Shown in pieces: positions 13,105-24,678 of a DNA stretch of 64,000 nt. Both the position numbers and the translations under genes were made by a program. This stretch comes from Felis catus (Eukaryota). Where the stretch lies: assembly GCF_018350175.1 (NCBI RefSeq), contig NC_058383.1:4402001-4466000 (forward strand). Reading direction: 5' to 3'. How positions within the stretch are numbered: the stretch's first letter is position 1; each line of letters starts with the position of its first letter. The notes under the pieces were generated by a model. That model ran no database searches. It saw only the letters and a program-made list of their open reading frames with translations, and had not been told where the DNA came from.

Positions 13105-13287
13105 TATACTACTCTTTGAACCTTAAGATAGATATTTGATTTTATTACATGTCTTTTACCATCTAAAGATATCATATGGTGAAGTGTATTAATAAAGCTC
13201 TCAGTATTAAACCATCTTTTGGATTTCTGGAACAATCTCACTTGGTTACAGTTTCTATTTGCTGATATTTTACTTAGAGAATTTATT

Positions 13288-13505
13288 ATTTAAAAAAAAA
13301 TTTTTTTTTTAACGTTTATTTATTTTTGAGACAGAGCATGAACGGGGGAGGGGCAGAGAGAGAGGGAGACACAGAATCTGAAACAGGCTCCAGGCGCTCT
13401 GAGCCATCAGCACAGAGCCCGACGCGGGGCTGGAACTCACGGACCATGAGATCATGACCTGAGCCGAAGGCAGACGCTCGACCGACTGAGCCACCCAGGT
13501 GCCCC
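13288..13505 (-). mobile_element. Can-SINE inserted at the tail end of an older SINE
   Basis: TSD gagaatttatt at 13277-13287 and 13506-13516. Confidence 0.94.
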
Positions 13506-13516
13506 GAGAATTTATT

Positions 13517-13695
13517 TTTATCTAAAGACAGAGCGAGTAAGCATGAGCAAGGGAGGGGGGAGGGGAGAGAATCTCAAGCAGGCTCCATACTCAGCATGGA
13601 GCCTGATGCGGGGCTCGATCCCATGACCCTGGGATCATGACCTGAGCCAAGATCAAGAGTTGGATGCTCAACTGACTGAGCCACCCAGGCGCCCC
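13517..13695 (-). mobile_element. Older Can-SINE
   Basis: gagaatctcaagcaggctcc...ccacccaggcgcccc. Confidence 0.9.
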
Positions 13696-13848
13696 TTTAT
13701 TTACAGAGTTTAAAACCTATATTAATGAGTTAGACAGATGTAATTTTCTTTTTTTAGGGTTATCTCTGTCAGGTTTTGGTATCAGCATTATGCTTTATAC
13801 ACAAATACGTAAAACTATCTTTACTTTTCTATGCTCTGGGATTTGTTT

Positions 13849-14070
13849 AAAAAAATTTTTTTTTCAACGTTTATTTATTTTTGGGACAGAGAGAGACAGA
13901 GCATGAACAGGGGAGGGGCAGAGAGAGAGGGAGACACAGAATCGGAAACAGGCTCCAGGCTCTGAGCCATCATCAGCCCAGAGCCCGACGCGGGGCTCGA
14001 ACTCCCGGACCGCGAGATCGTGACCTGGCCGAAGTCGGATGCTTAACCGACTGCGCCACCCAGGCGCCCC
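13849..14070 (-). mobile_element. Young Can-SINE, copy 1 of tandem pair
   Basis: Flanked by tgggatttgttt at 13837 and 14071. Confidence 0.96.
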
Positions 14071-14082
14071 TGGGATTTGTTT

Positions 14083-14334
14083 TATTTTTTATTTTATTTT
14101 TTTTTTTTATTTTTTTTTTAAAAATTTTTTTTTTTCAACGTTTATTTATTTTTGGGACAGAGAGAGAGCATGAACGGGGGAGGGGCAGAGAGAGAGGGAG
14201 ACACAGAATCAGAAACAGGCTCCAGGCTCCGAGCCATCAGCCCAGAGCCCGACGCGGGGCTCGAACTCACGGACCGCGAGATCGTGACCTGGCTGAAGTC
14301 GGACACTTAACCGACTGCGCCACCCAGGCGCCCC
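14083..14334 (-). mobile_element. Young Can-SINE, copy 2 of tandem pair
   Basis: Flanked by tgggatttgttt at 14071 and 14335. Confidence 0.96.
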
Positions 14335-14533
14335 TGGGATTTGTTTTAGATGGCACAGAAACATTTTATTCCCTGAAGGATTCTAAGACTCTGCCTACAA
14401 ACTGGGCATGCTGCTTTCTTGAGGAGTTGCTTTTTAATTACTTTCTCATTTTTTCCCCGTGGTCATTGGTCTATGTAATTTCATATCTTTCCAGAAGTCC
14501 CAATGAGTTATGTGTATATAAAATCCCTTTTCA

Positions 14534-15140
<607 letters not shown>

Positions 15141-17186
15141 GCATATTCTGCTTGTTACAGGCCTAAAGCAGAGAAAACGCAAGGTCTTCCTAAATATGTG
15201 TTTTCTATAAACAAAGCTGGTTCACGAAGAGCCAGTGGGCCTAAACCTGAGTTGCAGAGACACCTTCGGTTTTGAATACTTAGTGTGGGGTGGGGAGACA
15301 CAGGTGGGGACAATCCAGCAACCAGTTCATAACCTCTTCCTGTTGACAGGGCCCATCTCCACGTCAAAATCCCACATCCCCAGACTCCCTTGTAGCGAGG
15401 GGATCTGCATGCATAGGAGTCGATCCTGGCCAACGGAAGCTACTTCTTTCCAGAAGCACTCTACCTGATCTGGAGAGGCAGGGGACTAGAGCCGAAATGA
15501 CACATCTTGGCTCTTTGCCAAGAGCTGGCGCTGCTGGACTAGTTTCTTCCGCAGTGCAGTGTTCCTAACTCTGAAATGACACTTGCCACCTTGGCCTGTG
15601 ACTGTTGATGTGTCTGTCCTCCTCTACTGAGTTGAGTTCTTCAAAGGTATTAAAAGGCACACCTACGGAGACTAGGGAAGGCAGGAAGGACTCCAAGAGT
15701 GGACAGCCCTAAAGCTGGACTTGCCCCACTGCTCTGAGCCCTCCTCTTTCTTCCAAGCGGGAACCCAGAATGGTGACCAGGGAACTGCTTCCCTGAAAAG
15801 ACTCAACAGTCTGGGCAGGAGTTCCGATCTGTAGCCTCTCTCCTAACACTGAGAAAATAGCCATCTTCCTCCCAGGGCTCCCAGTGTATCTGCTAAGTAA
15901 GGGAAGCCAGGTGAGTCTGGGGGCAGGCAGGTGTTTTTAATTACTGATATCCAGAAGACTGTCATAGTTTGCTCCTTAGAAGCCAGATCATGTGCTTAAG
16001 AATAGAAAAATGAATTAGGAAATTGGCTGCCATTCATTTAGGTCTAATTTTGAAAGGCCCCAAATGCAGGAAAGCTCCGGCTTGAAAAGAATTTAAACCC
16101 AGTTCAAGTCACAGAAGAATAAATGATTTCTAAGTGTCGCTGAATAGGAAACATCGTCAAGGAGACAAAGTTTAAATAAAGTGAATTTGTTATTGTCAAC
16201 TTGATAATACAGCACACATGTTCATGAATTCAGTTACTCGGCAACTGTGAAGACATTTCTCAATGCCCCATGTTAAGACTTACAAGGTTCTGATGCAAAT
16301 GTTTCCAATATAAAAACCTGTGACCAAAACACAAGTGCAATTCTCTATGCGCAAACTTTTTGTGTAAGACCGCCTCCAAGGCTGCTGTGTGGCTTTGAGC
16401 TGTCATGCTCTGGTGGCCTGGGGCTGGCTGGCTTCTTCCCTGGGTAGCTGCTATGGCTATAGTGTGGGAGAGGAGTGGATGAAAGAACCAAGGTTACACG
16501 GCCCTTTCCCGAAAGCTTGGGAAGAAGGCGCACATTTATTTGCTTGCTCTGTTCCACCATGCTATCAGTCACCAAAGTAACGGTGGATATGGTAGGGGAG
16601 AAAAGGCACTCCCAGACGAATGGAGGAGCACACAGAGTACGCACCGCTCAACATGGCTCTAATGTTCAAACAGCTGTTCCACACGGCAGGAAGGTCCGTT
16701 CGAGGCCTTCGTTTTTGCAATCATAAGAACAGTAAGAGGTAGGGCCAGTCCCTGTTAACTTTTCCTACACCAAACAGAGACTGCTTTTATGGCTTGTGGT
16801 GACTTGTTCAGTAACACGAAAGTGCAAATTGGGATGAGGAGATATCAGTTGCTTCTTTTGGGATTAGAGCGATTTGGGAACTGGATTCTAAACGAGGCAG
16901 GAAACAAACATCCCCACAGGATGTGTTTCTGGGCAGGACAGGAAGAGCAGCCGGAGCTGCAGCCGTGTCTGCTGACCTTGTGCTCAAACAGGAAGGTTCA
17001 CTGCCGCCTCTACAAAAATGATCTAGACGCCCCTCTACGTAACTGAACTAGACCTTACAGCTCCATGATTGGTTATCTGCGCCACTGTTGAAGTACGTTG
17101 GGAATTTGGGAGCTGTCGTCATTTTTGGTGGCACATACCATTCAAAATGTTAGATGGTTTTCCTTTGCGAATGTGTGTATGGATTT

Positions 17187-17685
17187 CTTTTATTGTGACA
17201 AAACGCACATAAAATTTCCATTTTAGCTATTTTAAAATCCAGAGGCATTTAGTATATCCCAATGATGTGCAACCATCACTGCTATCTAGTTCCAGGCCAT
17301 TTTCATCATCCCCCCAAAAAACTCCGTACGTACGAAGCAGGTCACTCCCCGCACCCTCCTTTCCCTGCACCCCTTCATCTGTCTCTGTCTCCAACTGACT
17401 GGTCTATTCTTCACACAGGCAAATACCCACATGTCTAAGGACCGCTCAGACACATGGAACGATGCGAAGATGGCCTTCTGTGCCTGGCTCCTCTCACTGA
17501 GGAGGCTTCCGAGGTTGCAGCATGGATTTTCATCCTGTTCTCATGGCTGAGTAAGAATCCCATTCTATGGCGTACTGAACTCCGTTTACTGTTCATCAGT
17601 TGAAGGACACCTGGGCTGTTTTCACCTTTGGCTACTGTGGATAGTGCTGCCAGGAACATTCACGTATAAGTTGGAATACCTGTCC
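17187..17685 (-). mobile_element. L1 3' end fragment (L1MB/MC-like)
   Basis: tgtgcaaccatcactgctatctagttccag...gttgaaggacacctgggctgttttcacctttggctactgtggatagtgctg. Confidence 0.75.
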
Positions 17686-17779
17686 CATCTCGTACCACTT
17701 ATTATGCTGTATTTTATGATTCAGCAACAGTAAACTGCTTATAATTCCCGGTGTGTACCCTGCCGTTGCTTATTTTTGA

Positions 17780-18725
17780 CACTAGGCAACTGGCACAATT
17801 CCCTGGCCCTCTGGTCCGTGGAGTAAGGGCTATGCGGTGGGGAAAGGAAGTGGAAGCCCTCGGAGGACCCCCTCTCTACAGAAAGTACCACCAGATTCCT
17901 CCGGGCATCTTTGAGACTGGTGCCATCATCAAAGACTTCAAAGGTACAGCGGTACTGATTCTCAACACATCTCCTATTGTTTCGGTTTGGCCTGTACAGA
18001 TAGTGGGGCTTTGAGAACATTACTGTATTGTAGGTACTTGTATGGAGAATGTGCATTACTGTGACTCATCAGGTGCTGCCTGTAACTGTAGCTGCTGTTC
18101 CAGATGTCATTTCTTACCAGAGCAAATACACATAGCCTCTGGCAACCGGTATGTAGCTACTGATCTGAAAAACGCTTTCTCTGTCTGATACGCAGAGAAT
18201 ACCAGAAGCAGTTGGCAAGGACCTCGATCTGTGGTCCAACAGGACAATACAGTGGTCTTCTATTCAAAAGACAGGCAGATAGAACCTGGGTGACCAGGAA
18301 GTAGCAGGTACTCTAGGATACATTAATATGGTAGATGAGTGCTAGGAGGCGGGAGATCAATCCCTTCAAACTACAGAGATCTGTAATCTCTACGACATGC
18401 TGGCAGTCTGGAGGTCAGGTGTGTGTATTATGCTGTTCCCTCCAAAGTCAAGCACATGGTACCTTATCTTGTATCCCCTACCATGAAGAAAGAAATCGGA
18501 CATCTGGGAGGTCTTTCTGGATTTTGGAATTAACATATGATCACGTTTGGAATTAACGTATGATCATACTTGGATGTGCCACTCTGATCTATTTATGCTG
18601 ATAAAAAAGGCTGCCAGGTTTAAGTAGGGCCCAGACCAAGACAGGCTTTCCAGTTGTTACTGGATGCAGTGGTGCTCCAATCTAGGTCAGACCAAGACCT
18701 CAAATGGAGCCGGAGGCAGGAACTG
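17780..18725 (+). mobile_element. Decayed ERV-L (class III ERV) pol / reverse transcriptase fossil
   Basis: Fragments GVRAM, YHQIPPGIFETGAIIKDFK, VWPVQ, AAVPDV, YVATDLKNAF, EINPFKLQ, PSKVK, LSGFW and KKAARFK*GPDQ are collinear with ERV-L Pol as recalled; many stops and frameshifts. Confidence 0.85.
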
Positions 18726-19588
18726 ACAGGACGTCGGGGTGGAGGTTCTGCTTTGAAAAGTAACCAGCTATTCTCTTGCTAAGAAACACTTCCTGGCCTG
18801 TGACCAAGTCCTGGAGCAGTCCCAGGGCCCGGGCCCGGGGCACTGACAGTCGGTTTACGGAGCTGGGCAGTGCTCTGTCACCAACTGCAGGTGGAACACA
18901 TGACCTGAGAAAGTCCCAATGCAAGAAGTTATCTGTGTAAGTGCTTTGTGTCATGTTTGTGAACTAGGGCCTTCTGCTTACACATTCGCGTGCGCACGCA
19001 CACACACACACAGGCACAGTGAGCACTTACGGAAGATTTACGGGGCCAGAATCACGCTAGGCACTTGAGCACTTTCATCTCCACGAGAGGCAGACACAAG
19101 TATGCTCTGTACCATACAAATGAAGAAACCGAGGCACAGGATGATTAAGAAATTTGTTCAAGGTTCTTAACTACTGCTATCCAGCGAGCACTCAATAAAT
19201 CTGTACTGACTTCATCAAGAAGACATCCTTCTTAGGGGTAAAAGCCCAGATGGCAACAACAGAAAACTTCGGCTTCTCCCAATCCAAACCAGACGTAACT
19301 TGTCCACAGTAATCAGAACAAATTTTGGGGGGAGATGGCTCATCAACTGGCTGAAAGACAACTCCAAAGGAGAAATTTAGAATGTTCTTGGCAATAGCAC
19401 AACTACTAGACTAAGTATATAGCCTGACAAGATGATTACTTCCAAGAAAGAGTAATTTTTGACATGTTCATCACTTTAAGGCCATGCCACTGGTCAGCTG
19501 GTGGCCGCTCTGAATTATAAACGCTGGCAGACAGGATTTGAGGAATCAACGCTAGACTTTTCTAGTTGGAGTGGAATTTGTGGTATCA

Positions 19589-20772
19589 TGTTAGTTTTCT
19601 TTCATTGCCATAGACGTAATCACATCTGGGGATAAGGGCCATGCTTCTGCCCACTACAGTCTACCCTCCGGCCTCCAGATTCATAGCCATCCTACACCCT
19701 TACAACCACCTCAAACCAAGACCCCAAAGGTCTCATCCACCATAGCATCAGCTCTAAGTCCCAAATCTCACCGTCTAAATCAAGTTCAGGTGAAGACAAG
19801 ACATGATTTTGGGACACACTTCTGCTGAGATGGCTGAGGGGGGGTGATGCCTGAGTTTCTTGGAAGCTTCTGGGTCTGACTGAAGGGATCCGAAGAGTCC
19901 CTCCCTCGAGCCTTTACGTGACTAAAGACTCCGACGTTTGGCACACTTCCTTGGTTTTCTCTCCAGGAGCATGTGTTTTCTGATGATGAACATCTTGATC
20001 TTGGGGTCTTTTTAAAAAAAAAAAAAATTTTTTTTTTTAACGTTTATTTATTTTTGAGAGAGAGAGAGACAGAGCATGAACGGGGGAGGGTCAGAGAGAG
20101 AGAGAGAGACACAGAATCTGAAACAGGCTCTAGGCTCTGAGCTGTCAGCACAGAGCCTGACACGGGGCTCGAACTCATGGACCGCGAGATCATGACCTGA
20201 GCCGAAGTCGGACGCTTAACCGACCGGGCCACCCAGGCACCCCGATTTTGGGGTCTTTTGTCACCTGGACGGGATGGGAATTTCAGAAACAATCAAATCC
20301 TGTTTCTGACCCCCAATCTCTCCTGCTTGCACTTTCCGCTCTCCAGGGCTCGCCCTGTGGGTCCTCTCAGCTCCATGTCCAGACGCATGGTCTTCACCCT
20401 CTGCTTTCGGCACGACCGCAGGGAAGCTGGCTGAGCCTCTTGCCACTGACACAAGCACACGTTCCGCCCTGACTTCTGAGTCCTCACCAGCAGGCCTTTA
20501 CGGCCAAAGGGACGCGAGAGGTCTGTTCACTGAAGTTTCAAGTATTCTCCAGGACAATTCTGGTTTTGTCCACAGTGCTCCTCACTTGCTTCTGAGCCCT
20601 CAAGGGTGAGGTTTCTGAAGTCCGTATTTCTACCACTTGAAGGCAGTCTAGGCTTTTTTTCTATCGTGCTTTGCAAGATGCCTCCAGCCTGTATCCATTG
20701 ACCGATTCCAAACCCACTCGCACACTTCTATGTATCTGTTATAGCCGCACTCTACTTCCGGCCCCCAAATCC
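19589..20772 (-). mobile_element. MaLR (MLT1) internal sequence with collapsed LTR remnant at 19589-19658; split by a SINE
   Basis: aaaggtctcatccaccatagcatcagctctaagtcccaaatctca and tatagccgcactctacttccggcccccaaatc resemble MLT1-int. Confidence 0.65.
20013..20243 (-). mobile_element. Can-SINE
   Basis: TSD gat(c/t)ttggggtctttt at 19997-20012 and 20244-20259. Confidence 0.95.
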
Positions 20773-21339
20773 GCGTCAGTTTTCTACTGCTGCTGTGACA
20801 AGGCATGACACGTTATTAGCTCACTGTAACACAACTGCATTATTTTGTAGTTCTGTAGGGCAGAAGTCCAGCACGGGTCTCCTCAGAAGAACACCAAGGT
20901 GTCACTGGGCTAGGTCACCTACTCCAGGACAGAATCTGTTTGCTGTTCACGTGGGCTGTCAGCGGATTCCTTCTTTGGGGCGGCAGGGCGGAGCTCCTGT
21001 TTTCTTACTGGCTGCACACTGAAGGTTGCTCCCTGCTTCTAGAAACGGCCACGTTCCTTGGCTCAAGGCCACCTTCCTCCATCTCCAAAGTCGGAGGCAG
21101 GAGGTGGAGTCTTTTCACATCTCTCCAAGTCTATCACTACACCTCTATCTGACCACAGAAAAGCTTTCTGCTTTCAAGGAGCCCTGGGATTAGACTGGGC
21201 TCACCTGGATAATCCACGATTATCTCCCCACCTCAAGGTCCATAACCTTAATCACATCTGGAAAATCCCTTTCGCCATGCCACAGGTTCCAGAGATTAGG
21301 GCAGGGCCATCTCTGGGGGTCATCATTCTGTCCACCAAA
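20773..21339 (-). mobile_element. MaLR LTR (MLT1D/E-like)
   Basis: cagttttctactgctgctgtgacaa...agttctgtagggcagaagtcc...catcattctgtccacca. Confidence 0.8.
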
Positions 21340-21344
21340 TTTGT

Positions 21345-22050
21345 GGTAAAGAACACAGTTGGAAAACCATTTGTTTAGATTTAAAACCCTGCTATGCACC
21401 ACTTACTACCTGAGTGACCATGCGCAAGTTACTTGGGCTCTGTGCCTTAGTTGTATCATTCAGTAAAATGAGGATAATACCACCTACCTGTGGTAGAAAC
21501 TCAGAGACTGTTAACTGCCCCAAACAGTCATTTCCTACTTCATTTTCTTGGTAACAAAACCCACTCTTCACCCTTCAAATTTAAGTTGGACATAAAATCA
21601 CCCAGCTAGACATTATATATGGTGTCTGCTGTGAAGCTAGGTGGTGGCCATGTGACTCAGTCTAGACCAATAGGGCAGGAGCAGTCTAGACCAATAGGGC
21701 AGGAGCAGAAGTCACACACACACACACGCGTGCATCTTACAACTTAAAAGCTGCCTGCCTGGGAGCTTGTCTCTTTCTCCTTTGCTGTGGACTGGAGTGC
21801 AAATGTGGCTGCAACCCCGCCACAACCATGCAGATGAGAATACCACCTTAGGGAATGGTGAAGCAATGTGATCAAGGAACCTGGTCTCTGAATGACCTCA
21901 TGGGATAGATCTGTGTGGCAAGACTGGACTATTATATGAGAGAGAAATGGACTTCTGTATTAGTTAACTCAATGTATTTAATGAGTTAATATCTGTAAAG
22001 TGCTCAGCCACATAGGGAGTGCTAAAGAGTCCCAGTGCTGATTATTAACT
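21345..22050 (+). mobile_element. MIR interrupted by an old MLT1 (J/H-like) LTR at about 21489-21978
   Basis: MIR core ...gtaaaatgaggataataccacctacc resumes at aatgagttaatatctgtaaagtgctc; the insert has gctaggtggtggccatgtgactcagtctagaccaat. Confidence 0.65.
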
Positions 22051-22446
22051 GACTGCATTATATCGCATTCTGGAGGCTGTAATTCTGCTTAGTGTCTCAG
22101 GCTACCAGTATCCTATAGGAAACATGGATATAAGCAACATTAGTGCAATCTAATCCAGCTAAAATGTGTTACTACTTATTTATTCAGATTATACGGAGAA
22201 GAGGAACTAACATTACTGAACTCGCACGTGCTGGGCATTTACTGTGTCACATCTGACTCCAGGACCAGCTCCATGAGGCTCAAGAGGTGAGGAACCGGAG
22301 GGAGGTGAGGTCACTTCCTGAGATCGCTCTATACTGGGGTGGCCTGAGAGCCTACTCTTCACACGATCCTCACTGTCCCCTGACAAAGGGCAGGCTGATG
22401 GGGGGGTGGAGGGCCCGTCGTAAGCCCCCCGGAACGAGGTCACTCA

Positions 22447-22608
<162 letters not shown>

Positions 22609-23349
22609 CTACGACAGGAAATGCGAAACGAGCTTCACGTGGCTTGAGTTCTTTCTGAGGATGATTTCTAAAGACATTTCTCAACGGAAAAGGTAAGAAC
22701 CATTAGGAGAAAACACGGCGGAAATTTCTTTTCCTTAGATTAAAAAAACAAAAAAAGTGTCCCCCCATCACCCAAATTGTGTAAGGCCTTCTACAATGTC
22801 AGGAGCCACCTGAAAAACAACAACAACAAACAAAAACCACAGCAGACAGACTTATGTGAAATCGGGTTTTTACAAATAAAATCCTGGCAGCTGCCTCAGC
22901 GCAGGGCCTGTTTGGGTCTCAGAGGTTTCCGTAATCCCTACGCCCAGGGTTCCAGTGCTGCTCTGGCAAAGGAATACTTCTGCTGAACTGATGAAAGGTC
23001 TGGATTAGGATCACTAGGGATCCTGAATTAAGGGAGATACTCCCTCAGTCATCCCTCACTCACAAATACAAATATCAACCTCCACAGCTTAGCCTCATTG
23101 ATAAAGGTGAATTTTAAAAAATTACTACTTTTTACTCTAGGAGGCTTTATAGTTTACAAAATACTCATCTGTGTCAGAAACGATCTCACATCTATAACAA
23201 GAATTTAAAGAAACATTAATCCAATTACATTTCCATCAAGTGGAAATTACAGCCTTACATGTACAATAGGAGAAGATGGTACTGTCCCCAGCTTTAACTG
23301 AGGACCCCATCCAGTTTGGGGGCGGGGCGGGGGCGGTGGTGGTGAAGGC

Positions 23350-23950
23350 TTGAGGAAATGGAGCCTGACTTCTGACAGATGAGTCAAGGGTAGCAAAGAA
23401 CACCATTCTATGCAGAGAATAGAAAGAGAATACTCTGGCAGGTGAGGCTGGGCAAGTCTGGTTCCTGTGGTTGGACCGCAGAGAGGAAAAACAGGCTGGG
23501 AGAAGCCTGCAGGGACCGGTCTGCGTAGACGCGACCATCAGTTTGACCTCTGTCCTAAGAGTACCAGGAAGGCATCAAAAGGTATCAAGCATGGAAGCAA
23601 CGTGGTCACGTTTGTGGTTTAAAAGATCTCTGCGTGTGGAAAACACACTGGAGAGAGGAAAGAGTGGACATGTCGAAAGACCCAACACAGAGCCCGAGAA
23701 GGCCCAGAACAAGGAGGTAGGTGAGGATGGGAAGGGATGTTGACTGACTGGAGAGAAATTCAGGAAGGTGTCAAGGATGAGGTCTTAGTTTCCGGTTTGT
23801 ACAACCCAAGACAGAGATGGAGCTTGGCAACAATGGAAAAGGTCTGGCTTGGCCTTTTGTGGGACCCCACCGGCAATGTCAGGCGGTGAGCTGGGTGTAA
23901 ATGTTCAGCATTTGGGAGTGGCTGGGCTAGAGGTCGCCAGGAGACACACT
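23350..23950 (-). mobile_element. L2 fragment
   Basis: Purine-rich L2-antisense text, e.g. tgtggtttaaaagatctct and gtcaaggatga. Confidence 0.55.
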
Positions 23951-23962
23951 AGATTTTATCTT

Positions 23963-24173
23963 TAAAAATTTTTTAAATGTTTATTTATTTTTGAGACAGA
24001 GACAGAGTGTGAGCAGGGGAAGGGCAGAGAGAGAGGGAGACACAGAATCGGAAGCAGGCTGCAGGCTCTGAGCTGTCAGCACAGAGCCCGACGCGGGGCT
24101 TGAACCCACAAACAGCGGGATCATGACCTGAGCCAAAGTCAGACGCTTAACCGAATGAACCACTCAGGTGCCC
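23963..24173 (-). mobile_element. Can-SINE
   Basis: TSD tagatt(t/a)tatctt at 23950 and 24175. Confidence 0.94.
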
Positions 24174-24449
24174 TTAGATTATATCTTGATGTCAATTCTA
24201 GAAACATCTCCCACTGCTGTACTCCCCACTTACTACTGAATTTTCTCCAACACATACTGCTCAAATGACTCAACAAGGCAGAGAACAGTATGTACAGTAC
24301 AGACACGGTACATAACAAAGGTGGTGGGGGGAGAATATCGCGACACATCAAGTCAACCTGAAGAGTTACCTAAGAAATTGGTAGCACCGATTGTCCCAAG
24401 TGGCTGGAAGGCAGGGGTGAAGACTTCTTACTGCAGGTTCTTTTCACCC

Positions 24450-24678
24450 TTTTTTTTCAACGTTTTTTTTTTTTTTTTTTTTAATTTATTTTTGGGACAG
24501 AGAGAGACAGAGCATGAACGGGGGAGGGGCAGAGACAGAGGGAGACACAGAGTCAGAAACAGGCTCCAGGCTCTGAGCCATCAGCCCAGAGCCCGACGCG
24601 GGGCTCGAACTCACGGACCGCGAGATTGTGACCTGGCTGAAGTCGGACGCTTAACCGACTGCGCCACCCAGGCGCCCC
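24450..24678 (-). mobile_element. Young Can-SINE
   Basis: TSD tcttttcacc at 24439 and 24679. Confidence 0.95.

Larger units (their letters stand above)
12340..14490 (-). mobile_element. Ancient L1 (L1M-type) ORF2-region fragments interrupted by five SINEs
   Basis: T-rich L1-antisense text, e.g. tctgtcaggttttggtatcagcattatgct and tatttgctgatattttacttagagaattt. Confidence 0.6.

Noticed and set aside
17751..18556. Domesticated or active retroviral gene
   Set aside because: Stops, frameshifts, loss of LPQG and decay of YIDD to YSKD show a dead fossil
21658..21708. CRISPR-like or other repeat-spacer array
   Set aside because: Two adjacent copies with no spacer, in mammalian intronic DNA with no cas genes
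23318..23336. Triple GC box as a promoter
   Set aside because: Isolated, no surrounding CpG island, embedded among old repeat fragments
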